From Nitrososphaeria archaeon (GTDB lineage: Archaea; Thermoproteota; Nitrososphaeria; JACIWG01): DNA of 64,000 nucleotides. The notes beneath the pieces are model-generated. The model did not search any database, was not told the origin of the DNA, and saw only the letters and a program-made list of their open reading frames with translations. Made by a program: the position numbers and the translations under genes. Every line of letters begins with the position of its first letter. Within the stretch, counting starts at the first letter, position 1. Location of the stretch: positions 320,001 to 384,000 of the forward strand of contig CAVVXT010000019.1 in assembly GCA_963752255.1 (NCBI GenBank), given 5' to 3'. Below, in pieces: positions 60,711 to 64,000 of the stretch.

Positions 60711-61775
60711 AGTCTTTCCCTTGATGGGTTCAAACTCGGCTTTAGGTACATGCTCGTATAAGTCTCTTTTTGCCTAGAGCCAAAGCCCACAAAGCGGTGC
60801 AGGTCGACGTTAATTCCGTTAAGGTGACCTTCAGACATCACTTCAAGTGTGTTCAGATAGGTGGCCGGGTCCACGCCTAAGAAACCGAGCCATTTCGAGA
60901 CCTTTTCCTTCGCCTCCACATCGCTTGCGAAGATGCAGTGCCCGCAGATCTCGAACTTGAAATCAAGCCCTGTTCCTGCTCCGAATCCGAAGGAACAGAC
61001 AACCGATCTGGTAGGATACCGGCGCTCCTCGCCCAAAAGATTTTCAGTGAACCGTCTGAATAGTCTGTTGTACTCCCGGTCTGCGATAGACCTTATCAGA
61101 CCTTCGTAGTATGTCAGCGGGTTCCCGAAGGCACTTACGTAGACTCTTCCACCTAGCTGGCCGCCTTTACCGAGCGTCAGTGACATTCCAAGTGGCTTCA
61201 TGTCCGTGATGAGGACTTTCTCTATTTCGTGCCATCGCTCAGTCCCATTAAAATGTAAGACAAATGCATCGAATCTTGGCCACATTCTGTCTTCACGCCC
61301 CCATTTTCCGTTGATGTAGACACTTAACTTCGGCTCTGCCTTCGGTGAAAAACCCGCCCCTATCCAGAACGCACCCGCAGGGTCCGCAAGCAGATCGGGA
61401 TCGCTTGAGGGAGCCAGCTTATCGATGAGGTCCTTAGTTTCTGACACAACCTTTCCTGAGGAGTAAATGGGAGCGAGAACGCCTATGCGCTCCCTGCTCA
61501 GCGTCAACCGTTCGGCTCCGGATGAACCCGGAACTCCTGCCTCACTCAGGAACTGTAAAGACGGCCTATCGTGCCCCAAGGGTAATGAAAACTGGAAGGG
61601 TGTTCCATCTTCGTTTTATTCTAGAAAACGTGGGTGGTCTTCTGCCAAGAGGCATCGCCAGCGATTCCCTGCATATGGTCTCATAGGTTCTCATGATCTG
61701 GGAGCCTGAATGTTCAAGGCCGAACTGAGGGATCAGCTTTGTCAGTAATTCGCTTACGTAATCGTATAGAGACAG
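60707..61775 (-). CDS. ABBA-fold aromatic prenyltransferase, DMATS-like; probable CTG start and +1 error at T4 61614-61617
   Basis: Removing one base gives SRINEDGTPFQFS; also FWIGAGF..KLSVY, GRVYV and terminal SMYLKP; GGTGA RBS before the CTG at 61775. Confidence 0.68.
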
Positions 61776-61814
61776 GCCTAAATCACCCCTATGATATACG
61801 TGATGATGACTTTC

Positions 61815-62561
61815 TTAGCTCTTTTTTGACAGATTCTGCGCCTGCTCTCTCTGTGGAAGCGTCACCGTTGCTCTCCTGACTGGCTTATCCGAACGGCTTG
61901 GCCCATCGTCTGGTTTCAACAGCTCGATCTTGATGTGCGAAGGAGCTTTGAAGTGGAAAAGCATCCCCTGCCCCGGCTGCAATTCGATCCTGTTTGGTTC
62001 GAAGGTCTCACGTAAACATTCAACCTTTATAGGACTAGGGGGACGATAAGCCGTCCTCCCGATCTTCGGATAGGCTACAACAATATCCCCTTTGGTCTTC
62101 GTAAGCAGGTTGTTGACGGAGTACGCTCCGGGACGTATGATTATCGCTGAGAAGATGTCCCTTTCATCAAGCTTGAGGCTGTTGAATAGGTTTTTCCTAG
62201 GGTCCTCCTCCACCTTTTCGACGCTTACGTGATAACCGCCGCTTCCGCCTGAAACGTGGAAGACAACGTAGCCCCTCGGATTTACGACGAAATGGATCCT
62301 GGAATCTTCGTGGTCTGGGCAGCACTTGGACGGCTCAGCCATCACCCCACCCAACTTAGCCAGGTCTACGTTAGCTTGCGCTACTGGGCTGTTCTTGTCA
62401 ACCGTTATGTAGAAGGCTCCAACGATTTCTGTCCCCCTATAAAGCACCCCCCGGTATTCGCCGGGTTCTGGAAAGCTGTGTATTATCGCTCCTAATATGG
62501 TGAGCGAACCGCTGTCCAACCCAATCTGCGAATAAATGTTCTGATCGATTGGTATTGTCAT
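61815..62561 (-). CDS. Hypothetical protein with two cupredoxin-like beta-sandwich motifs
   Basis: LDSGSL..HSFPEPGEY and FNSLKL..IFSAIIIRPGAY; no complete type-1 Cu ligand set seen. Confidence 0.6.
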   Translation of the reverse strand: MTIPIDQNIYSQIGLDSGSLTILGAIIHSFPEPGEYRGVLYRGTEIVGAFYITVDKNSPVAQANVDLAKLGGVMAEPSKCCPDHEDSRIHFVVNPRGYVVFHVSGGSGGYHVSVEKVEEDPRKNLFNSLKLDERDIFSAIIIRPGAYSVNNLLTKTKGDIVVAYPKIGRTAYRPPSPIKVECLRETFEPNRIELQPGQGMLFHFKAPSHIKIELLKPDDGPSRSDKPVRRATVTLPQREQAQNLSKKS

Positions 62562-62563
62562 GT

Positions 62564-63472
62564 CTATGTACCCACCTCCGCCTGCACGGTCATCTCCTTC
62601 GAATTGATCTTCGCTGTAAGGTTTCGGATAGGGATCTTGACCGGGATGAGAACGCCGCTCTTAGGGAGGATCGGATAGGGGTCTTCGAACTCGTAGATTG
62701 GGTACTTGCTCGCAAAATAGTCAGAAATAGCTGTTTCGATCAACCCGAGAAGGTCAAATAAATTGCCCAGCAAGTTCGAAACCCAGTCACTGATATCCCC
62801 TACGATCCCTAGAGCACTTGTTATGAGGTCGATTACCGGTCCTATTATCGCCCAGATCAGGTCCTTCATAAAGCCTGGCAAGAACCAGAGCTCATCGTCT
62901 ATCGCGTTCTTTACAGCCTGCTCAAGAATGTTTCCCACCGTTTCCGGAATATCGATCGGATCAGCGTGGACCCAGATTGGGTTGATGAAAATCTTCCACT
63001 TATTTGGGTGACCACCGTATTCCGCATCAAGATCTGATTCGCTTGCAACTCTGGCTGGGTCTATATAGTATTTCGGAGCTAGATTTGCCTTCACATCAGA
63101 AATCTTCGATATGAGCCCGCTGAGGTCTAAATCGGCGCAAACGGGACCGCCTATGCAGATCTTGGGCAGAGATACGAGGCAGCCGTTCCACGGATCAGGT
63201 ATGATACACCAGCCTCCGACACAGATTCCTGGCAGGTTAAAGCAGACCTGAGCCTTCAAGATGTCGAAAACGACGTCGACGTTCTTTACCTCCAGCGTGT
63301 TGTCGTCTTTCAGGGTCAGGCTGCCATCGTCCAAGTGGAACTTGACGGAGTAGCTGGCTGAGAACGGGCCGAAGTTTTTGCTGTCCGACTTGGACAGACT
63401 GAAGTTATCAATTAATGTATCGAAAAGCTTGCCAAACGCTTTACCTGAAGCCGCGAGCGTTATGTGGTTCAT
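62564..63472 (-). CDS. Hypothetical protein with Cys/Trp-rich hairpin and long amphipathic helix
   Basis: CFNLPGICVGGWCIIPDPWNGCLVSLPKICIGGPVC; translationally coupled (ATGA) to the upstream gene. Confidence 0.8.
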   Translation of the reverse strand: MNHITLAASGKAFGKLFDTLIDNFSLSKSDSKNFGPFSASYSVKFHLDDGSLTLKDDNTLEVKNVDVVFDILKAQVCFNLPGICVGGWCIIPDPWNGCLVSLPKICIGGPVCADLDLSGLISKISDVKANLAPKYYIDPARVASESDLDAEYGGHPNKWKIFINPIWVHADPIDIPETVGNILEQAVKNAIDDELWFLPGFMKDLIWAIIGPVIDLITSALGIVGDISDWVSNLLGNLFDLLGLIETAISDYFASKYPIYEFEDPYPILPKSGVLIPVKIPIRNLTAKINSKEMTVQAEVGT

Positions 63473-64000
63473 GGTCCCACCCCCATACTGATGAACGCTT
63501 TGAGCTGATCATCCTCCACCGCAGGGTTGTTTGGAACAGGCGGGTTAGGTGTGGGCGAAAGCGTGATCGTGGCTATGTTAAAGAGCGGAAAGCTAAAGAA
63601 CATCTTCTCAAATGGGATGGTCAGCTTCTGCCTAAGTACCACATTTACCGTAGTCTTAAGGTAGCATACCAAGTTTTGCTCAGTCCGTCCGGCTTGATGT
63701 CGACGATATCTAGTCTATCGACCTTGCCCAACAGGCACTCTTTGCCGAGTATCACAGTCCGTTCGAAATGGCCTACTACAAATATGTCCAGACAGAAGCA
63801 GTTCAGCTTCCCCTTTACGTGTACAGGTGGCACTGTCGTCTGCTTTTCCCCAGATTGTGGTGGCACGACCGGGATTGTGTCAACATCCTTTTCTGATGGG
63901 CAGCCAATAGCGCCGCATATCTTGAACTGCATCGCGAAGTGTTGTTTCTGAAGAGGCGGGTTAAGCTCCGAAGGAAGAGATATGACGTTTCCAGGGTGAA
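63469..64000 (-). CDS. Hypothetical protein, 5' end outside the window, frameshift ~63680
   Basis: Frame open to the window edge (HPGNVISLPSELNPPL..); joins LDIVDIKPDGL to NLVCYLKTT..NNPAVEDDQLKAFI. Confidence 0.75.

Noticed and set aside
1-64000. CRISPR array or rRNA genes
   Set aside because: No regularly spaced repeats with unique spacers and no rRNA-like sequence seen

Overview
Archaeal chromosomal DNA, most likely from a TACK lineage such as Bathyarchaeia; this is inferred from the XPB-Bax1 pair, the AOR, the TET peptidase, TATA/BRE promoters and GGTGA RBS motifs. The window is a patchwork of housekeeping and accessory genes: metal uptake, DNA repair (XPB-Bax1, Lhr-MPE), a tungsten aldehyde oxidoreductase, sugar catabolism, a P-type H+-ATPase and surface proteins. 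About a dozen single-base frameshifts in otherwise intact genes suggest uncorrected long-read errors. Two regions stand out. (1) A fully delimited 2,789-bp IS6-family element (18727-21515, long imperfect TIRs, perfect 8-bp TSD CTATTAAC) carries a tRNA-Gly-derived RNA gene with a distorted anticodon arm and its own promoter, a divergent AbrB-type regulator with an operator array, and a membrane-anchored cargo gene. (2) A tightly coupled operon of five or more genes at the right edge pairs an ABBA/DMATS-type aromatic prenyltransferase and a single-domain class II terpene cyclase-like protein with three uncharacterised proteins. Several small genes and operators missed by the ORF track were also found. 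No database searches were run; family calls come from recognising motifs.
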